A stretch of 64,000 nt of DNA, taken from the NCBI RefSeq assembly GCF_009914755.1, contig NC_060938.1. One strand, 5' to 3'. Numbering within the stretch: position 1 is the first letter of the stretch; every line of letters begins with the position of its first letter. The notes below the pieces were generated by a model. It made no database searches and had not been told where the DNA came from. It worked only from the letters and a program-made list of their open reading frames with translations. Positions 13,753 through 27,410 of the stretch are shown in pieces. The translations under genes and the position numbers were made by a program. Source of the stretch: the human T2T-CHM13v2.0 reference genome, Homo sapiens.

Positions 13753-14654
13753 TGGTTACAATGTATTTGCTACCACTAGCATTAGGAGGCTAAACAGAAC
13801 CTGCTCTGACCCTAAAACATGCTGTGGCAGTTACGCTTTTGAGTGCCTATTAAGATTTTGTTATGCATTGTTTTTCTTGTAAAAGTATAGTATAAACTTA
13901 ACCTCCCCCCCACCAAAAGAAAATTCAGCATCTGGGCTTTTTGATTATTTGAATTCAGAATCAATAGGAGTTCATAGGTTTTGACGAAATGAAAGGAAGA
14001 GAAACAAAAACATTGTAAAGTAGAAAATATATAAGGAAATGAAGGATTCAAAGATATCTGGCAACTCCAGTCATCAAATCAAAATATTCATTGAGCTATA
14101 ATTACTGCTGGAGGATTCTTTCAGGCGTAAAATATTACAATCATATTTAACATTTCTTCTCCACTATACAAGGAAAGCAAACTATGACGTAGCTAAATAA
14201 ATGCCTGGGTGGTAATTATTTTACCTCTTGGTTATAAATTACTCAAAAACAGTACCCATGTTTACTAAATATCTATGCAATACTTTAAATAGTAAGTATA
14301 TAGTATAATATGAAGAAACTAGAGCAGATATAATCTCTAACAAATTTTTACATCATTTCTTTTTGGAGCGTAAAATAAGAATACAGTCAAATGATAAAAA
14401 TAAACTTTCTTTAGTCTGTGATCACAGCTGATTAGGAAATGAAGATTTAGCAATTAGATAACTAATGTTATATATAAAATTACATTTATACTTAGAAACT
14501 CAAATCTGTATTACATACACATATTGGGAGAAAATTTTCCATGGGTCTCTTATGTTTCTGCATGTCTTACGAGCAGTAGCACTGACAGTTTTTGTTCCAG
14601 ACTTTTTTCTTTTACAATGTTTCTTAAAAATGATTTATCTCTTTTGCAGTACTC

Positions 14655-15368
14655 TCTCTTTCTCCACCTTTATTGAGGCATAATTAGCAAGTAAAAATTA
14701 TATATACTTGTGGTATACAAGTTAATGTTTTGATATACATATAAATTGTGAAATAATTCCACAAAATCAAGTTAATTAACGTATCAATCACCTGACATTG
14801 TTACCATTTTTTTTTTTTTTTTGGTAGATGTGGTGGAAACACTGAAGATCTATACTCTTAGCGAATTTCAAGTATACAATACAGTATTGGTAACTATATT
14901 CCCATTGCTGTCCATTAGATTTTCAGAACTTACTCATCTTGTGTAACAATTTCACTTCTGGGATATATCCAAAGGAAATGAAATCATTATCTAAAGGAGA
15001 TATCTGCATGCCCCTGTTCATCACACTATCATTACAATATTACTCACAATAGTCAAAAGACAGCAACAACCTAAATGCCCACTGATAGATGAAAAGATAA
15101 AGAAAAAGTGGTATATATACATAATGGAATATTATTCAGTCTTTTAAAGAAAATTCTGACCTTGGTGACAATGTGAATGAACCTGGAGGGCATTATGCTA
15201 AATGAAATAAGCCAGACACAGAAATACAAATACCACATGATCTCACTTATATGTAAAATCTAAAATAGTCAAACATAGAAATGGAAAGTAGAACGGTGGT
15301 TGCCAGGGGCTAGGGGGAGGCGGAAATGGGAAGATACTGATTAAGTGTTGCAGTTTTAGTTATGCAGT
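14655..15368 (-). mobile_element. L1MA8/9-like 3' fragment with a 5' inversion
   Basis: 14655-14947 is the L1 3' end on minus; 14948-15368 is the adjacent upstream L1 segment on plus. Confidence 0.8.
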
Positions 15369-15563
15369 CTATTTTTCAAGGCTGTTTTCATTACAGCTTT
15401 GAAAAATGGATCTAGAGTCTCCCTTGGGAACAGTGGACAGATTTATTTGCTCTCCAGTATAAGAATGTCTCCTTCTAAGATAAAGACTGAGCAGTTTTGT
15501 TTGCAGTTCATTATGAAAGACTGGAGTTTCCTAAGCTCAGAGTTCCTTAGCTGAGATGCACAC

Positions 15564-16058
15564 TGTGATAGTTAATTTTATATATCAACTTGACTGGGAT
15601 AATGGATGCCCAGATAGGTGGTAAAACAGTATTTCTGGGTATATCTGTGAGGGTGTTTCAGGAAGATATTAGCATTTGAACTGGTAGACTGAGTGAAAAA
15701 GATCTGTCTCACCAATGTGGGTAGCCATCATCTAATCGCTTAAGGGTCCAAATAGAACAAAATTATGGAGTAAGGGAAAATTTATTCTCCTTCCTGAACT
15801 GGGACATCCATCTTCTCCTGCCCTTGTACCTTAGCCTTCTTTGGTTCTCAGGCCTTCAGACTCAGATTGGGGCTTACAGTATTGGCTCCCCTAGTGCTCA
15901 GGTCTTTGGACTTGGACTGGAGCAGTACCACCAGCTTTCCTGGTCCTCCAGCTTGCAGATAGAGGATAGTGGAACTTCTCAGCATCCATAATTCCATGAG
16001 ACAATTGTTTATAATAACTCTCTTTTTATATATCGGTCTATTTCCTACAGGTTCCTAT
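15564..16058 (+). mobile_element. MLT2 (ERVL) LTR
   Basis: TGTGATAGTTAATTTTATATATCAACTTGACTGG...TTTCTGGGTATATCTGTGAGGGTGTTTC...GGACATCCATCTTCTCCTGCCCTTG. Confidence 0.85.
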
Positions 16059-16741
16059 TGTGCCATGAGTAACAGTTGTTGTCTTTTTTCTGGCCCAGAA
16101 GTTTCGTGACTTTGGTCAGCATCCATGAAACTATGACAGGTTAACTTGTTAACTTGTTCATAAGGTAAACTCTCAAACCCTTCACAGTTCTCGATAAGGC
16201 ATGGCTTAAAGGTTAATTATTCAGTGACTTATGAACACAGTTTAGAAAAAGGGTAACTTTCAACTGAACAGATATTTATTGAGAACCTAGTGTGTACAAA
16301 GTATGCTGCCTCAATTCTCAAGCTCCAAATTATATATATGTCAATACAGGCATGGAGCAGGAATGCCGACATTAGGTTCTTTCAACAAAAATTAAAGTTT
16401 TTAAGACTTGAAGAGACTAATAACAAAATTCCACCGATATGTAGTTGCAGTGCAGTGGGCCTAAAGCAGACCAATTCTAGTGTGTGTCTCAAAAAACTTT
16501 TAAATTCTGACATGCCTGGATCTTCAAATGTCAGGTCTATAAAAACCTCAAGTCTAAGTTCCCACTGATAGACTTGAACCCTGCCCTCAGGATTCAGAGG
16601 GAGGAAATGGCTCAATATTTCATGTCCATTAGCCAGTACTAAACCTACTAGTATTACATCCAATCCATCCTAAGCTTATCTGAGAACACGTACTTTTTTA
16701 AAAAGAGAAATATCTTTAACTTCAAGGTTCACTGTAGTTAA

Positions 16742-16873
16742 CAGGACCATATAACTTACCATTCAACCAGGGACACTTTTGGGAAGTAAAAAGGGGTGCT
16801 ATTAATAATTATACTGAGACAACAGACATAAACCAGGACTGACTGAGGCAAACTGAGACATATCATTAGGCTG
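16742..16873 (-). mobile_element. MER94-like hAT-Blackjack MITE
   Basis: GACCATATAA...GGGACACTTTTG...GGGGTGCTATTAATAATTA...ACAACAG..TAAACCAGGACTG. Confidence 0.7.
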
Positions 16874-17982
16874 AATACACCACCTACATTCCGAAGAGTT
16901 CAAAAAACCATTCCCTTAGCAAAGCCTTCAGTAAGTTTGGAAGAAAATGTTTTTGTATGCAGCTCTAGATGCTAAGCTTCTCTCACTTTCAGGTTGGTTA
17001 TAAACTTCTAATTAGAGGAAAGCTAACCAAAATCTAACAAATGCAAAAAAAGGAGCTTTGCAAGCTATTTTTTAAAGCATTTTCTGTGACTGGCTCAGCA
17101 CCCATTTACTTCTGATAGAGAGTTATTTTATTTTGAAATGACTTGCAAGATTTCATTCAGTGTCATCCCTGCAGGGGACACAAACTCCAACTAGCATCAA
17201 GAAGAGTTGTACTGCTAATTCCCTGAATACCACACTGTTAATTAATCTCAGTGAATAAAAGCATTTCTAATATAAATTATTCTGACGCCATCCATTGCCT
17301 AAAGCTGTTTCTGATGATCTATAAAAAATGTCAAAAGAAACACTTTAGTCACCATGTGATAGAGAATTTGGACAAACAAGCAAGAAAATCTGGTTGAACT
17401 GAAGTCAGTGGTAGCTAGGCCAACAGAAGCCTGTTAAAGAACTTGAAAGAATTTCATTTTCCCAAGAGTTGTTTTCTCTTCCTAAAGAGCAACTACGATG
17501 AAATCAGAACATGAAATTTCACTAGGAGGTGACTATGAGGGACAATGAGTAATGTAAAACAACTCGGGCTATTTCTCTTCAAGGCACATTTCCAGAGAGA
17601 TCTGATGGCTTGTTTCTTAAGTAGTGCAGGTAGTTGCTGAGGAATTCATGTTGGTGTTGTCTTTGCCCTTTGAGCATTCTGAAGAAAATGACTTGTACTG
17701 TATATAATCAATACTTAACAATCCAAACATTGCTGCTATTGCCTCTCAGTTTTCTCCTTTCTTTCCATGTTGTCCATCATTGCTATATAGAAACTATAAA
17801 TCAAAAACATAAGACAGTGGGCAAGATGCTTATATCCTCCTCATCTGGTTGATTCTTCCAGGAAAGAATTCCAAGTTCTTTGACATTCTTCCTTGATTTA
17901 TTCAATTCTGAACATCGATTTACTTTAAAAAGTACAGGCTAGAGATCTACAAAAAACTTTGGTGTCTTTGAAACAGCACACT

Positions 17983-18782
<800 letters not shown>

Positions 18783-19456
18783 AAATATTATAAACTAATT
18801 TATTTTAGGACTGTCCTGCTTTTTATTTATTTCAGATCACTTAAAATGTCAGCATGTGCCTGGTAAATGTCTCTGTTAAAATACAAAATCTACTCCAGGG
18901 ATGCATTAGAGAAAAATTTTGAAAACTCATTTGGTAATTGCATTTCACTGCCCATCAGTTAATCTGCTTATATATTCATGCATCCTGAGAGACAATTTAC
19001 TGAATTAAATCCTTGGAGCTCAAAGTCAGTTACTTAAAAACAAAATGTAATTTTTTTTCCAAACAACAACTTGAAATTAAAATTTTAGGCCTCCCAATTT
19101 TGCTTTTATCTATTTATTGTTAGTGTTACATAAAAATAAAATTATGTTACTAACACAATAGTATAGCAAACATACAAGGTATTTATCAGCCATAAACACT
19201 AATGAAATAGCAAAATGTCTGTTTGTTGGGAATTTTGCTTCAACCACATCAAGAACTCACAGTGCATGCCATCATTCCTTTAGTCTTCATTATTCAAACA
19301 GTGTTCACGACAACATTATCAGTGAAGTAAAAACAAGGCTTATAACTCTATACTGGTAAGATTCACTTTATAATTATTGACTGGCTTTTGTTGTTTATTT
19401 TTCTCTTGTGTTACTCACTGGGAGTGAAATAAGAAAGAAATTTCACCAGAAGGCTT

Positions 19457-19810
19457 AGAATAGAAATGTGGTTACCAGTGCTGAAAGTGGGGTGGGGAGT
19501 GAAATAAGATGATGTTGGTCAGAGTACAAACCTGCAGATGAAGTAAGTTCTGGAGACTTACTGTAAAGTATGATGACTATAGTTAATCATAATGTATTGT
19601 ATACTTAAAATTTGCTAAGAAAGCAAATCTTAAGTATTCTCAGCACACATAAAAAAGGTAATTATGTGAGGTAATGGACATGCTAATTAGTTTGATTGTG
19701 GTAATCATTTCACAATGTATATGTATATCAAAACATCTTGTTGGACACCTTGAATATATATAATTTTTATTTGTCAATTATACCTCAATAAAGCTGGAGG
19801 GGAAAAAACA
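19457..19810 (+). mobile_element. L1MA9/10-like 3' end
   Basis: TAAGTTCTGGAGAC..GACTATAGTTAA..AAATTTGCTAAG..TGTCAATTATACCTCAATAAAGCTGG. Confidence 0.85.
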
Positions 19811-20545
19811 GAAAAAGATGATCCTGAATTATGACATAACATTGTTATCTTCCCCGTGGCTTTTCTTTGTTCATTTAGTCTTGCATCCATTTATTGTTTC
19901 ATTCAACAAACCTTTATTGAGTGATGTGTGAGCCTGGGAGATATAACAATAAATAAGATACATTCCCCCCTCCAAGGATGCTAATAGACTCAGAGAAATA
20001 GGTAAAGGAAATAATGAAAGGAGTGGATGAAGAAAATGCCAATCCCCAGAATTTCTTTGGGGAAGGACACTGCTTTGCGGGGAAGAAGAACATTGTTATG
20101 CCACATTTGGGTGATGGGTATGACTCCCAAATTTCATGCTTCAATTTTTTGGGTTATAAAGAGCATGTGTCCCGCTAACTGATTAAATTAGTAATGCAAA
20201 TATGGAGCTGCAGCAGGACTGGTTTCTTATGTATAACAGAGAGCACAAGCAAAAAAGAGGTTGCTTTTGACTACCAGATCTCTTTAACAGGCCTTTTCTG
20301 GAATATAGTGAGAAGTTCAGACTGGAAGGCAGAAATCAAACACAGTGAGGGGCAAGAAGTGGAAAGAGATCAAGAAGTCTTGGTAGGTTGGTCCTAAATT
20401 GTGACAAGTCTTCTGCGCTATGTCCCGCAGTTTAATTTTACCCTAGAGAGAATAGAATTTTGAGAATGTTACAGGGTTTTCTGCAGTGACAGCAATCAAA
20501 ATGAGATTACGAAGTAGACTGGACATAAGCAGCACACTTTGGTGT

Positions 20546-20810
20546 CACTGTCTCCCATCACCCTCAGATGGGACCGTCTAGTTGCAGGAAAACAAGCTCA
20601 GGGCTCCCACTGAGTCTACATTATGGAGTTGTATAACTATTTTGTTACATATTACAATGCAATAATAATAATAGAAATATGGTGCACAACAAATGTAATC
20701 CGCTTGAATCATCCAGAAACCATTCCCCCAAACTCTGCCCACCCCTGATCTGTGGAAAAATTGTCTTCCATGAAACTGGTCCCTGGTGCCAAAACGGTTG
20801 GGGACTGCTG
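20546..20810 (+). mobile_element. MER1A (hAT-Charlie), 3' part
   Basis: CAGATGGGACCGTCTAGTTGCAGGAAAACAAGCTCAGGGCTCCC...GTGGAAAAATTGTCTTCCATGAAACTGGTCCCTGGTGCCAAAACGGTTGGGGACTGCTG. Confidence 0.88.
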
Positions 20811-22163
20811 ATCTAAATCACTGTGGTGTACCTCATCTATAACACGTAAATACAAGCCTTTCCTGAAATTCTTCTATGAAAGTTTTACAGTGAAATAACT
20901 TAGGTATTGGTAAAAGGAAAAATAACGATTGTAAATAAACAAACCAAATTGATTTATTTCTCAAAGTCAGATGAGTTTCAATCTTGTTAGCCACCCAACA
21001 CAGTTTCGTTCTTATCTAGGAAAACCATTTTCATTTGTCACAGGTTCTAAAATACAAACAATATGCATATATAATTGGGTATTATTATTGCTACCCGTAT
21101 TAATAAATTTTGCTAAAAATACCTTTTACAGATTATTTCTATCATAATTACAACTTAATTTTTAGTATAAAAGAACTTCTTATAATTACTATAAATTTTG
21201 TTTTATGTTGGAAGTTATTTACATATTTGCAATTGTTATATTTTTTATTTATAGAATTTTTTAAATTTTAAAGAAGTGGTAGGTAGTATGGATATCTTTC
21301 AGCAATAAGGATACAATTGCAACTATAAGGTATAATGGGAATTTTTAATTAGTGAAAAAAATATTTTCAAGTTAAACTTCTCTGAAATACAGCATGATTT
21401 TTTTTAGCTGTAGGACCTTATAAATGAGTCATAAAAACCTTGTAAAACCTGAGGAAGGATAATGGTTTTCCCAAATCATCTTCAATTATTAGTGAGCTGT
21501 TCCAATTTTGTAATTCCAGTCTCAAGGAATGAGCTCATCCAGTTTGGAGTTACCAGGTTAGCTGTATGCACATCCAGCACCTGTGAAAACAGGATTTAAT
21601 GCAGCTTCCCTGACCATCCAACCTTCCTAAGCAGGGTAGAAAAAAAACAAACTAACATGATTCAAGTTATGTTGTTTCAGATTACCTACAAAAAAAAAAA
21701 AAATGCTTCATTTTGTTTTGAGAGGCACCTGCTTCAGGCAGATCTCTCAGACTTCTCTACTCCTATTGGTTTTCTCCCCCTTAATTTCTTGTTCTTGCCT
21801 TTTTCCCGACTGGCTCATCTCTTTTCATGAGCAAAGGTAGCAGCAAAATCACATCAATAGCATCCACTAACAGTCTGATCTTTGAAGTGCACTGTGCCCC
21901 CGGCTTCAGAGATCCAGAGACCTGGTAAATCCATTTCCCTGACATCCACCTCTCCTAGAGTTGCCAGGTGATAGCTTTTAGCCCATTTCCTGGCAGAAAT
22001 CAGTGGGACAGGGCAACCAAGGAGAGTTGAAAATAAAAGAGAGGAAAAGGTCTTCACTCAGGTGAAGGATTACATTTTACCAAATCCCTTTTTGTTAGCT
22101 TATCAAGCATTTTTGTCTCACTGAGTGGGAGCCCAGATGCTGTTAAGGCCAACAATATCTCAC

Positions 22164-22279
22164 CTTCTTTCCATGCTCCCTATTCCTCTTGGCAACTACT
22201 GTCTTTGATTGTGTCCCCAAGGGCTTTGTTTTAGAGCTGGGGTGCAAAGAAGCACTTGCTGGCTTGGAGATGGAGAGAG
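22164..22279 (-). other. Candidate internal exon (116 nt), product unknown
   Basis: Minus-strand acceptor CTTCATTTTTTCCTCTTTTCCAG| and donor AAG|GTGAGA. One open frame: LSISKPASASLHPSSKTKPLGTQSKTVVAKRNREHGKK. No transcript evidence. Confidence 0.4.
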
Positions 22280-23967
22280 CTGGAAAAGAGGAAAAAATGA
22301 AGACCACTGGGAACAGGTAGAGCATTTTTTTCATATGAGATTTGTGAAGATTATAGCTAAGGGGCTTATATGGAGAACTGTTTAAGAGAGCATTTCTAGG
22401 CCCAGGCAACAAAGTGTGACAGTCAGCAGAAAAGAAGAAAGAAGTTAGACTTCCCACCTCAACAGAGCATCCAGGGATTCTCTGGCATGCCAAGGAAGCA
22501 CTTTGAGACACCATTCTTGACATGGATATTGGCATTCTGAAAATAGGCACAGTCGGTGGGAAGCCTTCCCCAAATGGCACACTGGACTGTGGATGTCTCA
22601 GGGTCTCATAGAAGTAACTAGTGGGCATTAGGAAGCGGCTAATTGGGGGCAACTTGTCAGTAAGGTTTCTAACTACCATAATTTGGTTATTAAAAGTAAG
22701 TGTAATCATATTTTATGGCCACAGACTTTGTGAATCTGGGATATCATGCTATATAACTACATGTGGACTTATTTCCCAATTAGCATCCGTTGATGTGTTG
22801 ATGTCATTTAGCAATACAGATAGCTATTTTTTTCTGACTTCATTCTGGGCTTCATCTTTAAAATCATAATAATTTAATAAAAATTATTGTCTTACAAAAT
22901 GACTGAATTCCAGGGTTTTCTAGGGCAAGTGGTGGTGAGGCCAAAATAGTGGCCATAGTAAGGTCATTTTTGCAAAAGTTTTAGCAAATGTCAAACTCAA
23001 TTTAAGACCAAATGTCAAACTCAAACTAAGAGGCAAGGATGGAATTGAGGAATAAAGCCATATCATTACCCAGGTATCAGAACAGAAGCCTTTGGATGCC
23101 CAGTGAAGGGTCAGGATACAATAGCCAAAGGCAGTAAATGGCAGAGGCAAATGAGCAGAGGAGACAGGAATTTAAAAGACTCAGGCCTGTCCAATCTAAC
23201 TGCTGGGTACAGCACTTTATAGCCAAGGTAGTTGTTAAGAATACACTTTATCAGGCACCTATTAGAATGGCTTAAAACTATTGTCTTTTACATGAGACTT
23301 TGTGTCTCATGACCCTTGTGACAGAGGGCTGTATGCACCCTTGCCTAGTTTTATGAGGATGCTGCTTACTACACGATATAATTTAAAGATATGTTGAACT
23401 TGGTTCCCTGACCCAAAATATCAACCCTATCAAAGAAAAGTAAGTGGTTAGTGATTATCAGCCAAGGCCCTGGTTCTTCGAGATGAGCAGCCACTACTGC
23501 TCTCTGAAACAATTAAACTTAATATTTACTGACTCGTGAGGACAGACCAGATCAATATCTTCAAGTTTTGTGGGCAGTGGGCTGTAACTCTGCCCTAGGA
23601 GCCAGAGAAGTCAGTGGTAGATACACTCTGTAAAAGGCAGAAGGCCATTCTTTGGTCAAAACTATATCAGTAATGAGATATACAACCAAATATCAAAAGT
23701 AAGGGCAGGGGATCAAGTTCAGAACAGAGCAGAAGCTGCTACTACTGGTTTTGTTGACTCAGCTCTGCAAGGAGCGCCTTTCACCCCCAGGAAGTTGATT
23801 GTTATCTGGAAACCAGAGAGAGGGACATGCTGATAGGAAAGGACTATGCTACATCATTTTGCCTAGGGTTGACCCTCAAATTACTTATTTTCTTTAAAAA
23901 GGGAGGAGGGCAGGGCCTTAGCCCCTAAATGACACTTACGGCTTTTAGAAGTGATCTAATAAATCAT

Positions 23968-24097
23968 GGCTGCGCTTGGTGGCTCATGCCTGTAATCCCA
24001 GCACTTTGGAAGGCAGGCAGATCACTTGAGCCAAGAAGTTCGAGATCAGCTTGGGCAACATGGCAAAACCTCGTCTATAAAATTAAAAAAAAAAAAA
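23968..24097 (+). mobile_element. Alu left monomer (FLAM_C-like)
   Basis: GGTGGCTCATGCCTGTAATCCCAGCACTTT...GGGCAACATGGCAAAACC followed by an A tail. Confidence 0.85.
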
Positions 24098-24177
24098 TTG
24101 TGAAACAGAGTCAAAACTAGGTAAACCAAATGCACAAACTTTCCATTCTTAAAATATATCCAAAGATATCTGTAGAA

Positions 24178-24693
24178 GTTAAAAATAAAGTCAAAGAAAT
24201 TATCTGGGATAAATTTTTTTAAAAAATTGTACTGAACCACTTAAACAGTCAAGGAAGATTTATTCAAGATGACTGCAATAGGAGAGAGAGACTATTATAA
24301 CAGGGGAGAAAAATTGAACTCAACTCCACTGAAACAAAAGGCAGGAGGATTTGTAAATGCTGGAGCGAGCTAACGGAAAAGTTCTGACAGACATTAGTGG
24401 AGCTGTTGGTCAACATGATTAGGCCATCTGTGTTTACTAATTGTTGCTTATAGAAGTTAGGCTCCTACCCTCCCACAGCTAGACAAGAATTCTAGCTTTC
24501 TTGATGATTAAATTTCAAAGTGTCCTAGGTCCTTGAGAAAAATATTTCTGGATTGTAGAAGATTTACATATCAAAGGGACAGAGAAAGAATTTATAAGTT
24601 TTCTGAGCAAATGTTTTAAGAAGAGGGAGAACAGGAACCTATGGTCAGTAAGAAGCCTGTTTAAAGTTTAGTCAAGCTGAGGGAATGTTAAGG
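24178..24693 (-). mobile_element. MER67-like ERV1 LTR
   Basis: TGAACTCAACTCCACTGAAACAAAAGGC...AAGAAGCCTGTTTAAAGTTTAGTCAAGCTGAGGGAATGTTAAGG. Confidence 0.7.
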
Positions 24694-25859
24694 TAGGGAA
24701 AGAATATGCTTAGAACTATTTGCATCTGATGCAATAAAGATCCCCCCCTCCTTTTTCCTGGTTCAGATTCTATTTTGCAGGTTAATTGCTTCAATGAAAG
24801 ATTATTCATAAGGCAAATGGCAATCATACTAAACTCCTCTTTGCAAACGCTATTTTCCACTTTCAATTTTATGTGTTTTCCACTTACAATTTCAACATTA
24901 AACATACATTTAATGTTTAAACTGATAGTAAGTACTTTCACACCTAGGTTAATTTTTCAAAAGGTGAAGATCTCAAGTTTAATCACCCACAGTTGGCCAC
25001 TGGAAAATCTTTTCTGCAAAGGATATTATATGTAGGAAGCTTCTGACTCAACTGGCATCTCAACTTAAAACTTACACTTCCTTCACATGTGTATCAGTCA
25101 CCTGTCATGCAGTGGGTCTAGAGAGCAGGAATGAAAGATTTCTGACAACTGTTCTAACAAAAACATAATGAAATTCTTCTGATGAATCCCATTTTAACAT
25201 GTCATGGCATCAGATTGACGGGTCCAGAAATTCATTTGGTTACTGGAGCTTTGCAGGGGGAAATGAGGTCTGAGAAAACCAGCTGATAAAAAAGCACAGC
25301 AAAGGTCGAACAAATCAGAGAAATGATCAGCCAAATGAGCTGCAAAATTATTTATTTGCTTGTAAAAAAGAAATTAGCCATACTTTGTCATATATAACCA
25401 ATACCTGTCTTACTTGATGGAACACACAATTGCCCACAAAAAGAAACAAGGTAGGGGTACTCATGTGTGCAGCCTCGGGGGGGACTACTGGATTTTTAAC
25501 AATCTGAAAACACTGGAGACATACTGAGAGCCAAAATAATTAGGAAATCATTGTTGATTGAATCCAGTATCTTGTCTGATGGGGCTTCCAGCTTGTTAAG
25601 GTGGTTATTACACAACAGGGAATGAAAGCACTGAGTCCAAGTTCATTTGGTTATTAGGTTTCTACTTATAGTTCATGTCCATCAGAATGTTCCTATGCTT
25701 ACCTTGCTATTTCATCCTCCTGCTTTCAAGATAATCCCTTTCCTCTCTAAACGAACATTAAAGACCTGCTTGCTTCTCTTGGCTAACTTTAATCTTACAC
25801 TATTTTCTTGCATGTTTCTTTCCCCTACAATATGGATTGCCATTAAAACTCTTGTTCTT

Positions 25860-26077
25860 CAGTGAGAACACATGGACACAGGGAGGGGAACATCACACAC
25901 CGGGGCCTGTCAGGGGGTGAAGGGCTAGGGGAGAGATAGCATTAGAGAAATACCTAATGTAGATGATGGGTTGATGGGTGCAGCAAACCACCATGGCACA
26001 TGTATACCTATGTAACAAACCTGCATGTTATGCACATGTATCCCAGAACTTAAAGTATAATAATTAAAAAAAAAAAA
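25860..26077 (+). mobile_element. L1PA7-like, 5'-truncated (about 220 bp)
   Basis: GAGAACACATGGACACAGGGAGGGGAACATCACACACCGGGGCCTG...ATGTAGATGATGGGTTGATGGGTGCAGCAAACCACCATGG and poly(A). TSD AAAACTCTTGTTCT/AAGACTCTTGTTCT. Confidence 0.92.
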
Positions 26078-26549
26078 GACTCTTGTTCTCTTTCTACGCA
26101 CAGATCATCACTGTTCTAAACACAGGAAATTCATACTCTATGTGCTGTGTTCCATCCATAGAACAAGAGAGTACATATACCCACTCCTTTGTCCACTAAT
26201 CCAGTATGGTACAGATGTGAGATGCAGCTTTATAGAGCCCAGTGAAGAGAGTTGCTTCTCCTCTCCTCAGTGTGGTGCTTACTCTATGTTTCAGTTCAGC
26301 ATACTTTTGACATCTTGATTTGGTGCTGACAACCAGTGGCATTTTTCTCACATAATTACGAGTGACTATAATCCTCCAAAAGAGAGCAAAATACACTGTA
26401 AATGACCAAAGACATACTAAGTGTGTATACTATAGAGGGAGGGAGATCTTCGACAAGCAACATTAAAACAGAAACAAACCGGGTGTTGTTGTTTTTTTTA
26501 ACTGTTCATTTTAAAATAACAAAAAGGAAGTTATAAAACTTGTTCATAG

Positions 26550-27410
26550 GCTCCCTTGCACCCTTAAACTAATTTCCCCCAAAAGTGACATCTTATAAAA
26601 CTGTACTACAATATCAAAACCAGGAAATCGACATTGGTAAAATGCTGTCAGCTACACTATTATCTAGACTACAGAATTTATTTTCACCATTTTTACATTC
26701 ATATGTTTATGTGTGTTTGTGTGCGTATGTATAATTCTACATAATTTTTCCCACGTATAGATTCATGAAACCACTGCTACAACCAAAGTACAAATCTGTT
26801 CTATCAGCACAAAGGAACTGCTTCATGCTACCCATTTATATTTGTACCACCCATCCACCACACATTTTCCCTATCCTATTCCCTGGAACAACTAGTCTGT
26901 TCTCCGCCTCCATAATTATATAAATTGTAATCATATCAACCTAACCTTTTGAGATTGACCTTTTTCACTAAGAATAATACCTTGATATCCATCCAGGTTG
27001 TTGCCTGTATCAGTAATCTGTTCCTTTTATTGCTGAGTGGTATTTCATTGTATGGATGTGCCAGAGTTTGTTTAATCATTAAATCTCTGAAGGATATTTG
27101 GGTTGTTTCCAGTTTTTACTATTACAAATAAAACTGCTATGAAAATTCATCAATACATTTTTGTGTAAACATAGGTTTTCATTTCCCTGGGATAAATGCC
27201 CAAGAGTGCAATTGCTGGACCATATGGTAAGTGCATGTTTAGCTTTGTAAGAAACTGTCATATTATTTTCCAGAGTGGCTGTACTATTTTACATTCCAAC
27301 CAGCAATATATGAGAGATGTAGTTTCTCCACATTATTATCTATATTTGGTATCATCACTATCTTTTATTTTAGCTGTTCTAATAGGTTTATAGTGCTATC
27401 TCCTGTGGTC
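26550..27410 (-). mobile_element. Old L1M (L1MC/MD-like) fragment
   Basis: ATTTGGGTTGTTTCCAGTTTTT..ACAAATAAAACTGCTATGAA..GAGTGCAATTGCTGGACCATATGGTAAG..TTTCCAGAGTGGCTGTAC. Confidence 0.8.

Larger units (their letters stand above)
14522..16196 (+). mobile_element. LTR40-like ERVL LTR split by an L1 and an MLT2
   Basis: Begins TATTGGGAGAAAATTTTCCATGGGTCTC..TTTCTGCATGTCTT. Resumes about 15368 (TTTTCAAGG...GTTTCCTAAGCTCAGAGTTCC) and about 16060. Ends AAACCCTTCACAGTTCTCGATA. Confidence 0.65.

Noticed and set aside
21425-21431. AP-1 TGAGTCA sites here and at several other positions
   Set aside because: A few 7-mers are expected by chance in 64 kb.
22143-22709. 188-aa ORF as a single-exon gene
   Set aside because: No recognisable domain, and it reads through a splice-acceptor-like pyrimidine tract. 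Only the internal exon candidate is retained.
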